64,000 nt of DNA from Chiloscyllium plagiosum (lineage: Eukaryota). The stretch is from contig NC_057751.1 of the NCBI RefSeq assembly GCF_004010195.1, positions 18,197,325 to 18,261,324 on the forward strand, written 5' to 3'. Position numbers and translations under genes: made by a program. Below, piece after piece: positions 48,140 to 60,174 of the stretch (the stretch's first letter is position 1; every line of letters begins with the position of its first letter). Below the pieces are notes generated by a model. It saw only the letters and a program-made list of their open reading frames with translations. It ran no database searches and was not told where the DNA came from.

Positions 48140-49715
48140 CAGACTACAGACGGGAGCAGGGAGACCTGACAAAAATGGTGCACTGAGAACAACCTAGCTC
48201 TGAATGCTGGCAAAACCAAGGAACTCATTTTTGACTTTCGGCGGGATGTTACTCATGCCTCCCTACACATTAGGAGCACAGCGGTGGAACGAGTGGAGTG
48301 TCAATCTCCTGGGAGTGGTCATTCACAACAAGCTTTCTTGAACTCTACATGCGGATGCATGGTTATAAAAGCCCAACACCGTCTCTTCTTCTCCAGACAG
48401 CTGAGGAAATTTGGCATGACAGCGAATACCCTTGGCAAATCTAATAGGTGCGCCGAGGAGAGCATTCTGTCCACATGTATCACGACGTGGTATGGCAACT
48501 GTACCATTCAAGATCGGAGACAGTTACAGAAAGTGGTGAACAGGACAAAAGATGGAAAAGTATAGGCCGATTAGCCAAGCCTCATTTGTAGGTAAAGTTG
48601 TAGAATCCATCATTAAAGATGATATTTCTAAATTTTTGGTACTGCAGGGTCGGATTAGAACAAGTCTGCATGGAATTAATAAGGGGAGATCGTGGCTGAC
48701 AAACCTATGAGAATTCTTTGAAGTCGTAGCGAATAGGTTAGACCAGGGAAACCCAGTGGAGGTTATCTATCTAGAATTCCAAAAGGCCTTTGATAAGGTG
48801 TCTCACAGGAGGTTGCTGAGAAAGGTGGGATCCCATGGTGCTCGAGGTGAGCTACTGGCATGGATTGAGAATTGGCTATCTGACAGAAATCAGAGAATTG
48901 GCATTTAGATTCTTTACCGGATTGGCCATGCCATGTCCCGCAGGATACAGTGTTGGGGTCGCAGCTGTTCATTTTATATATTAATGATCTAGATGAAGGG
49001 ACAGGGGAAGTCTGGCGACGTTTGCCGATGATAGAAAAATTTAGAAAGTTTCGAAGAGCGTTCCCGGAAATGGCCGATGAAATACCCCGTTAGCAAATGC
49101 TATGCCTTGCACTTTGGAAAAATCAATACAGGCATTGACTATTTTCTAAACAGGTGGATGCTGGGAATTTGTTTCCATTGGGTGGAGAGCTGTGGGCACA
49201 GCCTTAGAAATAGACGGGGTCAAATTAGAACGGAAAAGATGAGACATTTCTTCAGCCAAACGGTAGTGGGCGTGTGGAAGTAATTGCCACGGAGTGCAGT
49301 GGAGGCCGGGACATTAAATGTTTTAAAGATAGAGATTGATAAATTCTTGATCTCGCCAGGAATTAAGGGCTATGATGACAGTGCATGTAAGTGGAGTTGA
49401 AATGCCTATCAGTTATGATTGAATTGCAGAGTGGACTAGATGGGCCGAGTGGACTTTCTTCCACCCCTCTATCTTATGGAATCAAAGAACCTCGGCTCGG
49501 ACAATCACAAAGGCCAACCTCCAACTATAAAATCCATCTATTAAGTGCTGTAAATGAAAGGCTGCCAGCATTCTCAAAGATCCATCCCACCCTGGCAATG
49601 TATTTTTTTCTACAAACTATGCCATCCGGGAGAAGGTGCAGAAACCTGAACACACCCATCAGTCAGCTTCGAAACAGTTTCTACCCTACTGTTGTTAAAA
49701 TACTGAAAAGAATCA
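48140..49715 (+). mobile_element. Rex1/Babar-type LINE 3' fragment split by a CR1 insertion
   Basis: WCTENNLALNAGKTKELIFDFR and KAQHRLFFSRQLRKFGM..ESILSTCITTWYGNCTIQDRRQLQKVVN (to 48541). It resumes at about 49492 with SARTIT..AASILKDPSHPG..PSGRRCR..NSFYPTVVKIL. Confidence 0.8.
48542..49490 (+). mobile_element. Internally deleted CR1 nested in the Rex1/Babar fragment
   Basis: YRPISQ, DKP..EFFE-like, IYLEFQKAFDKVSH, PQDTVLGSQLFILYINDL and GHSLRNR..FFSQTVV; tail TCTTATG. Confidence 0.88.
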
Positions 49716-50479
49716 CAAACGCTTAACTTTCGACTGTATGGGCGTTTTCGTTTTCGTTTTTGCTTGATTCAGAGAAGAAAACTAGTCGCAATGCCTTAAA
49801 AAAATGTTATACCTGGTGTGCATCACGAATAATTTTCCTGGACGAATACAAAGAGCAGAGATTCTAGAACAGATCTCTGTGGCATCCAATTTATTTTTGA
49901 CTCTAAAAGTGAGCAATAAACAGCAACAATTTACAACTATAAGACCTCGTTATCGTAACTGCGTATTATCTGCCTCCAAATTTATCTCAGTGTGCCTTTA
50001 CAATAGCACACCTTTTATAATCACATCAACTTCATTTCAAGTCCACACAGCCGCTGTCATCTTCTGTGACCTCATTCTTCTAGCTGACGCTTTCATGTCA
50101 AAAGGTACCTTTGATCTAGAGTGTGTCCTACATTCCTGCAGAGCAAGATTTTAGATCGCTAAGATTTTCTGTCTGTATGGCATTTGCTTTCTCTCCAATT
50201 TTCAAAACGGCCGCATTGTTACATCCATAGCAACGGATCGTCTCATTGCTTCAATGTTGGTAAAACAATAACTGCAAACTCGATTGAGTTTTAATAACCT
50301 GGGGCATAAATCAAACTGATTAGTTAAATTTGAAATTTTGTCCAAACAGCAATCAAAACTCAGGTATTCATTCCGCAGCCAAATATTACATATTTTCAAT
50401 TTTGCAGTTCAATCTGGGACTACCATCTAGTCATACACACAGCATTGACTCTCTATCTCTCTCTTCAAGGTACAGTACA

Positions 50480-51200
50480 CGCCTTCAACTTCATGACACA
50501 CACTAATAACAGAAAATCTAACCACCACGACTTGGTATTGAAATATGTTGCCATCAGGGATCTTCCCACCAGATGCACTCTGAGAGTTATCATTGATCAG
50601 AAACACAACCTGATTCCTCACATGAACGCACTGGGTACAAAGCCAACTCAGAGGCTCGGAATACCATGGCGACAGTCTCATCTCCTCACTCCCTAAAACC
50701 TGTCGACCATCTACAAGACACAAGTAGGAAGTATGATTGAATATACACAACTGCCGAGAAGCTTGACACCATCCAGGCAATATCAACCTGCCTGACTGGT
50801 GCATCCACAAGCATCTACTCCCTCCATCACCGTCATTCAGTAACATCTACTATCTACAAGATGCACTCCAGAAATTCACCAAGAATCCTAAGACAGCACC
50901 TTGCAAAGACATGGCCGCTTCCACCTCGGAAGACAAAGGTATCAAATATGTAGGAACAGCATCAACTTCAAGTTACTTTCCAAGACACCCTCCATCCTGA
51001 CTCGTAAACATATCCCCGTTCCTTGACTGTCACTGCTTCAAAATCCTGAACTCACCCCCAATAACATTGTGGGTCAACCTACAGCAGGTGTACTCCTGCA
51101 GTTCAAGAACACATCTCACGACTATATTCTCAAGGGCAGTGGGGACAAGCAAAACATTCTGGCCATTCAGCGACGCCCACATTCGACAAATTAATCAAAC
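50480..51200 (+). mobile_element. 3' fragment of another CR1/L2-group LINE family
   Basis: LRVIIDQKHN..QRLGIPWRQSHLLTP*NLSTIYKTQVGSMIEY (YKAQVR..EY-type thumb motif); 3' end CTGGCCATTCAGCGACGCCCAC. Confidence 0.65.
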
Positions 51201-53124
51201 CAAAATCACTTGGAATTATCCCCAAGTAACTCTTTATTAAGGAAAGGGGAACATTCCAGTGACAAATGGAAATCAATCGTCTACTCCATTGTAGTCACAG
51301 TCACTGAGCAAACAGCGTCAATTTACTATGCCATTCAAACGCTTATAACATGGTAGTGTCGAACTTCGACTTTACTTATTGTCATACTCTCTTGAACACT
51401 TTTGCTGTTTATATTCATTTCTTAAAAAGTTGACTGTATCCCACTCTTTCCGCTAGCTTACTACCCATCACCTCTCTTCTCTCCTCATAATCTCCACACA
51501 GTTTATTCCTTGGAGTTTAACTCATTTGGTCATCAGGATTTTTCAATTGATTGCTTTGTATCCAGTTCCTATTCCTGCCACTGCCTCAGTTCCGAAAATA
51601 GCCAAAGAATCACTCTCAATGCACCCACCTCTTCCACAGTTGATTGCGATTTAGATAAAAATATCTTCATTATATTGCTCCTCAACTGGATAGTCTCACT
51701 TTCATCCATATGGTACTGCATAAGGCTTATGCTTGCCCACTCCACCAACTTGTCCCAATTGCACCGAAGAATAGCTGCGTCCTACTTATAATTCTTCCTT
51801 CTTTGTGCTGTTTGGAAAACTGAGGATATTATTTGTTTACGTCATCTAAATCATTAATGTGTATTGGGAATAGCTGGGCAGCAATGACTCATATGTATGG
51901 TCCCTTCCTGGTCATTAGGAGACACAAGGAAGCTTGAAGTGTTGAATAGACTGATTTAACCTGAGAATGTACCGAAGGGTTTCTTCGAAATACATTTTAA
52001 AGGTCGGAAATAACATATGGCTTCACTGTCCCCAATATCTAATGAAATGGCAGATGTGCGAGTGTTACCATATTGATTTCGATATGAAGGGAAATAGGGA
52101 TCCTGAATGTGATCAATAAGCACTGCTTGAGTTTTGTTGATTTGGACCTGTTTCGAATTGAGTAACAGGCAGCAGTGAGATTGCTAACTCCAGTTTTAAA
52201 ATGTTGGCGATCTGTGAGGCAACGCAGACATCCATTGGAACAATCGAGTCAAGGGAATGCAGTAGAAGGAATGATGTTTTCTGAGACGAGGCTGACACGG
52301 TGATATCGCGAGTGGAGAAAGAAAGTTAGCAGAGGGACACCAGCAGAAGTGGAATTAATTCAGGCTCAGAAACGGGTTTGTCACCGTGAATGTCATTAAA
52401 ATTCACTTAAAAAATAACTGACACGAGCAGTTTTGTTTTCCAACATTGTGTTTTTCCCTACTACACTCTCCCGCTCTCCCCACCTCCAACCCAGCCTGAC
52501 CATCTGTGAGGAGATTAGAGTCGATTTACAGTGGAAGTGGAGAAATGGCTTCTGATCCTGTTTCACTTCCTGCACTGCAGAAGGTATTCTGACTGTCGTC
52601 ATTCCCACTTTACGTTTTGACACTCGAAGGTCAGTTTTGGTGACTTCTCTCCAGCATGTCTGACTCTTCATGTGTTTTTCAGCCCTCAGTTAATATACAG
52701 AGATTGTCAAATTTTGCATTCAACAACATCAAACAATTCAGAGATGATGCAGAAAACGGGGTGGATCGAGTTCATCAACCATGACCTGGTTAATTTAGCA
52801 AAGTGCTCAAAAAGTTGAAATACACACTGCTGTTTATATTTCTTATCGACTTATTTTCATTCTGCTCTCTGTTCTATATTTCCTTTTCACCAGCGTTGCT
52901 GAGTTTTGCCCTACTTTTCAGCAACTTCAGGTCTTCAGAAAGTCACCTCAAGACTTCAATGTTCTGTTGTTTCTAATCCAACAGCTCCTGCCAGTGTTCT
53001 TCTGATTCTCCAGCTTTCCAATTCTTCTAAATGGTTAATATCAATTTTACATTCTTTTCCCTCAACGTGATGCGCTCTGGCGTTGATTCTCGTTTCACTT
53101 TGATCGCTTTTCTTGTCACATTAT

Positions 53125-53996
53125 TTATGTAAAGATAGCTTCCAGTGGGTTCTTGAGTTTCTCTCTGAACTTTGAGAGAATTGCAACATAAACAATGGTG
53201 TTTGTGCAACAATTCAAATTCCGCAACATGTATGCAAATGTTTGAAACATATATTCCCCTTGATCATCTAAATGACTGTAAACACCAAAATAAGATAACA
53301 TATACCATAACCACAGAAAAATGAAGGAGCCAGATATGGATAAGAGCAAATTCACAGACTGCTTCCGATTCTCCACCTCTGGATCCCTTGCGGTGTCTCC
53401 CTTATTTTCATCCTTCAGACCCTTTAGGCCCTTACGAACTTGACTGGCCATGAAAATGTGCTTCACTGTCAAAGTGTTAAAGAACAGAATTAAAATAAAT
53501 GGAAGTACTGGAGTTAAAAATTTTTCAAAGTATTTAAATGCTCTCCACGTAGGATCATAATAATATGCATACGAATGAGAACAGCCCCATGGCACATTGT
53601 CTACAATCGTGAATGGTCGAAATCTAAAGTATATTGGAATATTTTTCAAACAAAGCAGAATTCCAGATGTTGCCAAGATTATGGTGGCAGTTTTCTTAGT
53701 ACAGAATTTAAATTTCAACTTCTCACAACAAATGGTAACATGTCGATCCAAGGTGAAAGTGATAGTAAACCAGACAGAGCAATCTAGGACTGCACGGCAC
53801 AGAGCATAGTGAACACTACAAACTGGGGTGATGTCAAGGAAGGATGTGGGGAAGTAATCATATCTGATTTGCCTGAGTATGATCTCAAAGATAACGAACA
53901 ACAGATCCATCATTGCCATGGCCAGCAGGTAACATGTGGTGCAGGTAGACAGTCCACAATTTCCTCGGGACAAAATCGCAACCGTCAATAAATTGA
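53125..53996 (-). CDS. Exon 2 of the GPR139/GPR142-like GPCR (TM1 end to C-terminus; spliced product 312 aa)
   Basis: A polypyrimidine tract and acceptor TTTCCTTTTCTCTTTCTTTTGCAG|TC AAT TTA give the phase-1 join G+TC = Val (..GLPVNLLTVAILSRGNCGLS). The open frame has 7TM hallmarks: LAMAMMDLL (TM2), PVC (TM3 Cys), FTLDRH (DRY position), PWGC (ECL2 Cys), LTPVLPF (TM5), NCCTNTIVY (TM7) and helix 8 FREKLK. Confidence 0.92.
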
Positions 53997-54534
53997 CTGC
54001 AAAAGAAAGAGAAAAGGAAAGCAATAGACACTGAAAAATACAAACAAACATTTTCCACTTTTGAGGCAAGATGGTAATGCTTAGATCTTTGTAACACTGT
54101 GTACGTGAGTAGATTTGAATAAGACGTTCTTAATAATAATTATTTCACCCATATGCTTCCAATGCTGAGCCTCCATGTTGAACACAGACGGAATGTGAGC
54201 GTGCGTCACATTGCACATAGGGCAAAGGTAGACGGGTTAATATTAGAATCAGGGACAAAGAAAAACCTGTGTCCGGAACCATCTGCTGCATTCAGCTAAA
54301 TTCCAGAATTGGGAAAACCCAAGTTTGACTTTATATTTCAGTCCAGATTAAGAGAACACTTTCTGCACACTCAGAGCACTGCCATGGGATTAAATAAAAA
54401 ATTCTCGGAACAATCCCTTTTATTGGTGTTACATGGAGGAAGGATTAGAATTGAAGTATAGGTTTGACGACACTATACAAGCACAAACAAAATAAAACAT
54501 TGGACCACTTCTGTTCGACAATTAAAAAAAGTTG

Positions 54535-54848
54535 ACATACTGGCTCAGTGACTGACACTGCTGTCTCACAACGCCGTGGACCTTGGTTAAATTTCAGCCG
54601 CGAGTGACTGTGTGCAGTTTGCACTTTCTGCCCTTGCCTGACTGTGTTTCCTTCAACAATCCAGTGATGTGCTGGTTAGAAAAATTGGCCATGTTAAATT
54701 GCCCATCATGGTCAGGGATGCGTAGGTTAGATGCATTTGTCAGGGCAAAAATGTAGGAGGGTCGCTCTGTGTGGGTTACTCTTCTGGAGTTCGGTATGGA
54801 CTTGTTGGGCCGAAGGTCCTGTTTCCACACTATAGTACTCTATTCTAA
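54535..54848 (+). mobile_element. HE1-type SINE (diverged) in the GPCR intron
   Basis: TGGCTCAGTGACTGACACTGCTG..GACTGTGTGCAGTTTGCAC..GGACTTGTTGGGCCGAAGGTCCTGTTTCCACACT. Confidence 0.85.
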
Positions 54849-55799
54849 AAGGTAATTCTATGTGTGTTAACTTAAACATACGGCAATTGAAAATAAAACA
54901 CTTTGAAGTCAGGGTTTCCAAAACTCAAGACACGTGGAGTTATTAATTCAGATATATCTGGTATTTGCAAGGATAATGCCTTTAGAAATTTGAACGTTAG
55001 AGCTATATTGAAATGCTTGTGATTTTGCCCTTGCAATAAGAGAATGTTGATGACTGATCAACCACTGGCTTTTCAAATTACAATGAAATTGTTTGTGTGA
55101 AAACTTGACAAACGTATTTCCATTTGTGATAGTGCGCCGAAAGGGAAAATAGCTACTAATAGATTCTCTGATAGACTCAGAGACCACAGTCATTTGTTTT
55201 GTCGATGTGAACTTGCAGCCATGACAAAACGATAACGATAAAATTTATGCATGAAGGAGACAGGAATGTCAGGATGCGGTCGTAAGGTTGAAATAGCTGA
55301 AATAGAAATAGGGTTATTTGCAGGATGAAGACAGTCATAGTCAATTTGGTTTAAATGCCAACATTCCAGCTGCAAAGGCAGTAAATTTATTCTTAGGTAA
55401 TGACAGTCATTCGTACTTTCCTCTCAATGAAGTTATATCCATCATAGAACATAAGGTTTTCAGAGTAGTGCTCAGTGAAGGAGATGAATCAGCTCGAGAA
55501 GATGTTTAATCTGCTTGACGTTAAAATAATGTGGTGCACCATCTTGATATATTTGCACCGAAATACATGAATGGATCGTGAACTCAAAGCATAGTCAATC
55601 GGATCAGATGTCTGAGTCCAGTCAGGTATCCAGTTTGAGAACAGTTCCAAAGCGAAAAAAACCACAGTAACATACTGTAAAGGATAGGTTCCCTGACCGA
55701 TGGATTTTGCACAATGAAAAATGCAATAAATCGACAGCTGCTTAACTTTTCTCTACTGAGCGCATGGTATTAAATATAACAAGATTTCAAGTGCTCATC

Positions 55800-56322
55800 T
55801 TCTTTTTCTGGTATGAGGATTCTCGTTGACTTAATCTCCCAGGCAGTCCATTCCAGAAACCCAGAATCTGCTTGGTGAAAAATATTGTCCTGCGATCTCT
55901 TCTAATACTCAGTACCTGCACTTGTAAATTTTGTCGGTTTGTCTTTGAAATTTCAAAGAACAGCAACAGGCAATTTTATTTCACTCGTTTCATGACCATC
56001 ATAATTTTAAATACGTCTATACTTTCGGATCTTATCTGCCCCAAAGAAAACAATGGGAGCTTCTCCAACTCCCCTAATAGCGGAAATGCTTCCTCCCAGG
56101 GCAATAACCTTATGCATCCCGGTTGCCCTCGCGCTTCAGTTAGCACATCCGTCCTATAATATGATGATGAAAAGTGCGCACACCACTGCACTGGTCACCT
56201 GAACAAAGATCTGACTTTCTCAAATGTGACATACTCGTTATTATCAGCTATTGCAGGAACGATAAAGGCAAGGGTTCCCGAAATCCTCTAAACTGAATTA
56301 TGAAACGTTCTGCCACTTTCAG
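55800..56322 (-). mobile_element. Very old CR1 3' fragment in the GPCR intron
   Basis: QWCAHFSSSYYRTDV..LEKLPLFSL..IDVFKIM resembles the CR1 thumb region. Confidence 0.55.
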
Positions 56323-56972
56323 GGGTCACCCAGGTGGATTGTGTTGTTAAGAAGACTTACGGTGTGTTAGGTTTCATTGATAGAGGGATTGAGTTCCGGA
56401 ACCGCAATATCATGCTGCAATTATACAAAAAGCTGGTGCAGCCTCACCTGGAATATTGTACAAAGTTCTGGTCGCCCCATTACAAAAAGGATGTGCAAGC
56501 ATTGGAAAAGGTGCAGAGGAGATTTACCAGAATGTTGCCGGATCTGGAGGGAAGGTCTTGTGAGGAAAGGCTGAGAGTCTTGGGTGTTTTCTCATTGGAA
56601 AGAAGAAGGCTAAGGGGGAATTTGATACAGACATACAAGATGATCAGAGGATTAGATAGGGGAGACAGAGAAAGACCTTTTGCTAGGATGATGACGTCAG
56701 CTTGTACGAGAGGGCATAACTACAAATTGAGGGGTGATAGATTTTAGACTGATATCAGAGGCAAGTTCTTTATGCAGAGAGTGGTAAAAGCGTGGAATGC
56801 ACTACCTACCAAGTTCGTCAACTCACACACATTAAGGAGATTTAAACGATCCTCAGATAAGCACAGAGATGGTTTGGGATAGTGTACGGGGACGAGCTGA
56901 GAATAGTTCACAGATCGGTGCAACATCGAGGGCCGAAGGGCCTGCTCTGCGCGGTATTGTTCGATGTTCTAT
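56323..56972 (+). mobile_element. CR1 3' end in the GPCR intron
   Basis: LYKKLVQPHLEYCTKFWSPHYKKDVQALEKVQRRFTRML..TRGHNYKL; tail GTTCGATGTTCTAT. Confidence 0.93.
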
Positions 56973-56974
56973 AG

Positions 56975-57455
56975 CGTCATGGACGCCTAATGATATGCAG
57001 CATGGAAACAAACCTTTACTTCCAATACCTTACGTCCACAGCGACCAGATATACGAAACCAATCTAGTCCCATTTGTAAACATTGGGCCCATATTCCTCT
57101 AAGTCCTTCCTGAACTCACCCTAACACCTTTTAAATGTTGTAAATGGATCAGCCTCCACTACTCTATCTGGCAGATCATTCCATGTACGCACCAAAATCC
57201 GTGTGGAAATGTTGGCCCTTAGGTCGTTTCTAAATAATTCCCTCTCACCTTAAACCAAAGACCTCTGGTTCTGTACTCCCCTAACCCAGGGAAACTACCT
57301 AATCGATTTACCCTATTCATGCTCTTCGAATTTCTCTGTAAGGTCACCCCTCATCATCTGATGCTCCACACAAAAGAAAACAGTCCCAGCCTATTCAGAC
57401 TCTCCTGCCAGCTCAAAAGCCCTAAGCCTGCCAACAAGCTTGCAAATCTTTTCTG
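56975..57455 (-). mobile_element. CR1 3' end, tail-to-tail with the previous copy
   Basis: IQKRFASLLAGLGLLSWQESLNRLGLFS, plus 3' UTR similarity to the 31223-32353 copy. Confidence 0.8.
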
Positions 57456-57482
57456 AATGAGAGGCAGAATGACAGTGATATC

Positions 57483-57620
57483 ATAAAACTCGAAAAGTGT
57501 GACACTTAAAAAGCACAGCAGGTCAAGCAGCTTCAAAGCAACAGGAGAGTCCATATCTTGGACATAAGCGCCACAGGTTTAAACACTAATCTCCAGCATC
57601 TGCAGTTCTCAATTTCTCCA
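57483..57620 (-). mobile_element. Degenerate Penelope-derived short element
   Basis: GCACAGCAGGTCAAGCAGC..CAGGAGAGTC..GGACATAAGC then ATCTCCAGCATCTGCAG..TTTCTCC, the same layout as 28636-28803. Confidence 0.6.
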
Positions 57621-57775
57621 AGTAATATCACAAAGTGGGGAGAACTGAAAATAATGGAGATATCACACTAAAAACTGGATAATTAATATTTTAATTAATA
57701 TTGCAGGCAGCATTATTGTTCCTTGGTAACTTTCAAAACTGGGGTAAGATGGAGAGTTAAACATAAGTCACTTAC

Positions 57776-57842
57776 CAGGAAGACCAACTATGCCAAGGGC
57801 CATATAGAATACTCTCCTCAGTGTCAAGATTGGAAAATACAT
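57776..57842 (-). CDS. Exon 1 of an apparently intact GPR139/GPR142-like class A GPCR (MYFPILTLRRVFYMALGIVGLP + 1 nt)
   Basis: The minus strand reads ATG TAT TTT CCA ATC TTG ACA CTG AGG AGA GTA TTC TAT ATG GCC CTT GGC ATA GTT GGT CTT CCT G|GTAAGT. That is 67 nt (phase 1) followed by a consensus donor, and it encodes the first half of TM1, which the downstream ORF lacks. Confidence 0.85.
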
Positions 57843-60174
57843 GTCACTTGTGCATCGACTTGTGCCTCGCTTCTGCTGGAAATTCCTTGCTGTTTCATTC
57901 AGTGATATTTCTTCGCCTGTGTTTTAATTATATTAGCATTACTTTTCCGTGGGGAGATAGGGGACGTGGATGCTTGGGTTTTATTTTTGTTGCATAATTT
58001 TCCAATGTGTTTCTTTTCCTTGAAACTTTTGAACAAACAGATGACGACAGCTGAATTATTCCTGTGATGCTGAAAGATGTTTACCGTGAGGAAGAACGTT
58101 GATAAACGATCACTGCATAATGACGTGACAGCACTGATCACGAGCAGTAACTGATAAGAACTGGAAGCTGTGGTTAAGACAAATGGAAATATCTTCTGCA
58201 TGCATCCTCAGTTGCAGGTCTAGACTTGGTATGGCCATTGTGAGAAGGTCATTCTCACAATGGCCATTCCCAGAGTGATTTGCGACCATCAGAACTCACT
58301 CTCAGGAGTGTTTGTATGATTAAATAAGCATTGCTGCTCTCTTGCTGATGACAGTCAGTTGATAATTTCATAGAATTAAAGTTAGTAACAGAGAATTGGA
58401 CAAGTTGGTTGGTTTTGTTCAAACATATTCCAATCTCAATCCCTCAACTCTCTATCATTAGCGTACCTCTTATGTAATATTCAGTTCCCTATACTTAGAT
58501 CGGACTTCGCTTTTTTCAGTGAGTTCATTTCAGGTTCTCAACAAGGACTGTGCAAACGGTACTTTTCGGCAATACCATTGCTGAATCTTTTGGCAACTCC
58601 TGCAAGCTCTGTCACAGTAAATGTTCTAATCTTTGTATAAAAATCAAATGCCTTATATTCAGAGTATGGGGTGGGATTTGGGGAAACAGGATAAATGACT
58701 AAGTCAGTCGTGGATTGCGTGATCCAACTTTGCGCAAAAGGTGAGGATTTGTGTTACTTGAAGCTAGTCTGGTTCCAGATGCACCCCTGTATCTGATGCA
58801 CTTTTGATTAAACCCACAGAACGCAATAAACTGTAAAATTAGTTACTGCATCTCCCTTACTCGTTTGCAGTCTTGCAGTAAATTTGCCGTTATGAATCTA
58901 ATATCTAAAAAAAACCGATATCTTGCTGATTACCATTGTTCAAAAACTGTACTGGATTAGTCAAACAAATGCAATGTATAACAGAACAGTTCAGAAGCAA
59001 GTGATGCGGCAGCAACGAACATACTGGCAAACAAGTTACAAGTCACGAGTGTCATGGAATAAACTCAGTTACCCGATTAGATGCACCCCACTCAACACAC
59101 ATAACACTCGCCACCATATGTAACAAATAACCTACACAGCACAAATGTCGACTTGCTCCACCACTGCTGCACGGTAAATGCAATGTGCACCATCTACAAA
59201 ATTTCGGCCAAACATCAGCAAGATTTTCTTTCAATAAATGTCTCGAATTATTTCTGAAGGTTTGTCCGAATAAAGAACTGGATATGAACCTCTCTGAATA
59301 ATTCTGTGTCTCTGAAAAATGGAAGGTATTATCCTCTGAAGAGTATTATTTTCTGTTGCATCTGATTTCGGCACGGGCCATTGGCACAGCGAATGTGCCC
59401 CAACTCCTTTCCTAATGAACGTCGAACAACAGAAGAAGAAGAATTGATGGTAGCTCCTATTTAATCCTTGTCACACTTTGGTAATTGTGAGTCTACCTGT
59501 TGGGTTTGAGGAAGACAGTTAAATGTTCTCGTTGTGTATCCACACCAATGATTAGCCATTCACTCTGGACTTTCTTGCCATCATGGATAAATTATCGTTC
59601 CCCTTTCTCAAGATCTTTCTCCAGAAATGAATTCAAATGGCAGTGCAGTGAAAATAAAGTTATTTCAAACACGTCTTCTCTCAGCAGTATCCTTTTGTCC
59701 CATATACCCTTGAATTACTCTTGCCATTCCCATTGACTGCATAACTCTGCAGCACATTTTTTTTTCCGTTGGCTGATTTCCAATGCTGAAGAAAGACAAA
59801 CAAAAGATCCTATCTGATATGAAAATGCCTGAAAACAACTTACATCACAACTCCGTGAAAGTCCAGTAAATGAGCCCAATTTTAAAGGTTTGGAAATGCA
59901 TTCGATCTTCTCGCATTTCGAGGTGTTCTGTTCCAGATAAAGAGCAGGAAGTATATTCCATAATCTCTGATTTGCTTCAAAAGATTTTCGAGCATAGAAA
60001 TTCGCGGCTACGAGTGAGAGAAGAAATTTGACTATCTTCAATCTCAAAGGAAATATTTAGTTTCTAAAATATGACTTCATGTATTTCAATTGCTGCCTAT
60101 TAGTTCCATTTAAACGAGAATGGAAAATACAAGTGCAACTAATGGAGTTCAATGTAAAAAAAAATCTGTGTAAG

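Noticed and set aside
53997..54069. N-terminal MPQKWKMFVCIFQCLLLSFSLSFA of the 314-aa ORF as a signal peptide or TM1
   Set aside because: It starts at TTG and runs through the intron's polypyrimidine tract and acceptor. A proper phase-matched exon 1 exists at 57842-57776.
59715..60047. 110-aa ORF with a hydrophobic start
   Set aside because: It has a TTG start, no recognisable domain and no splice support, so it is probably spurious.
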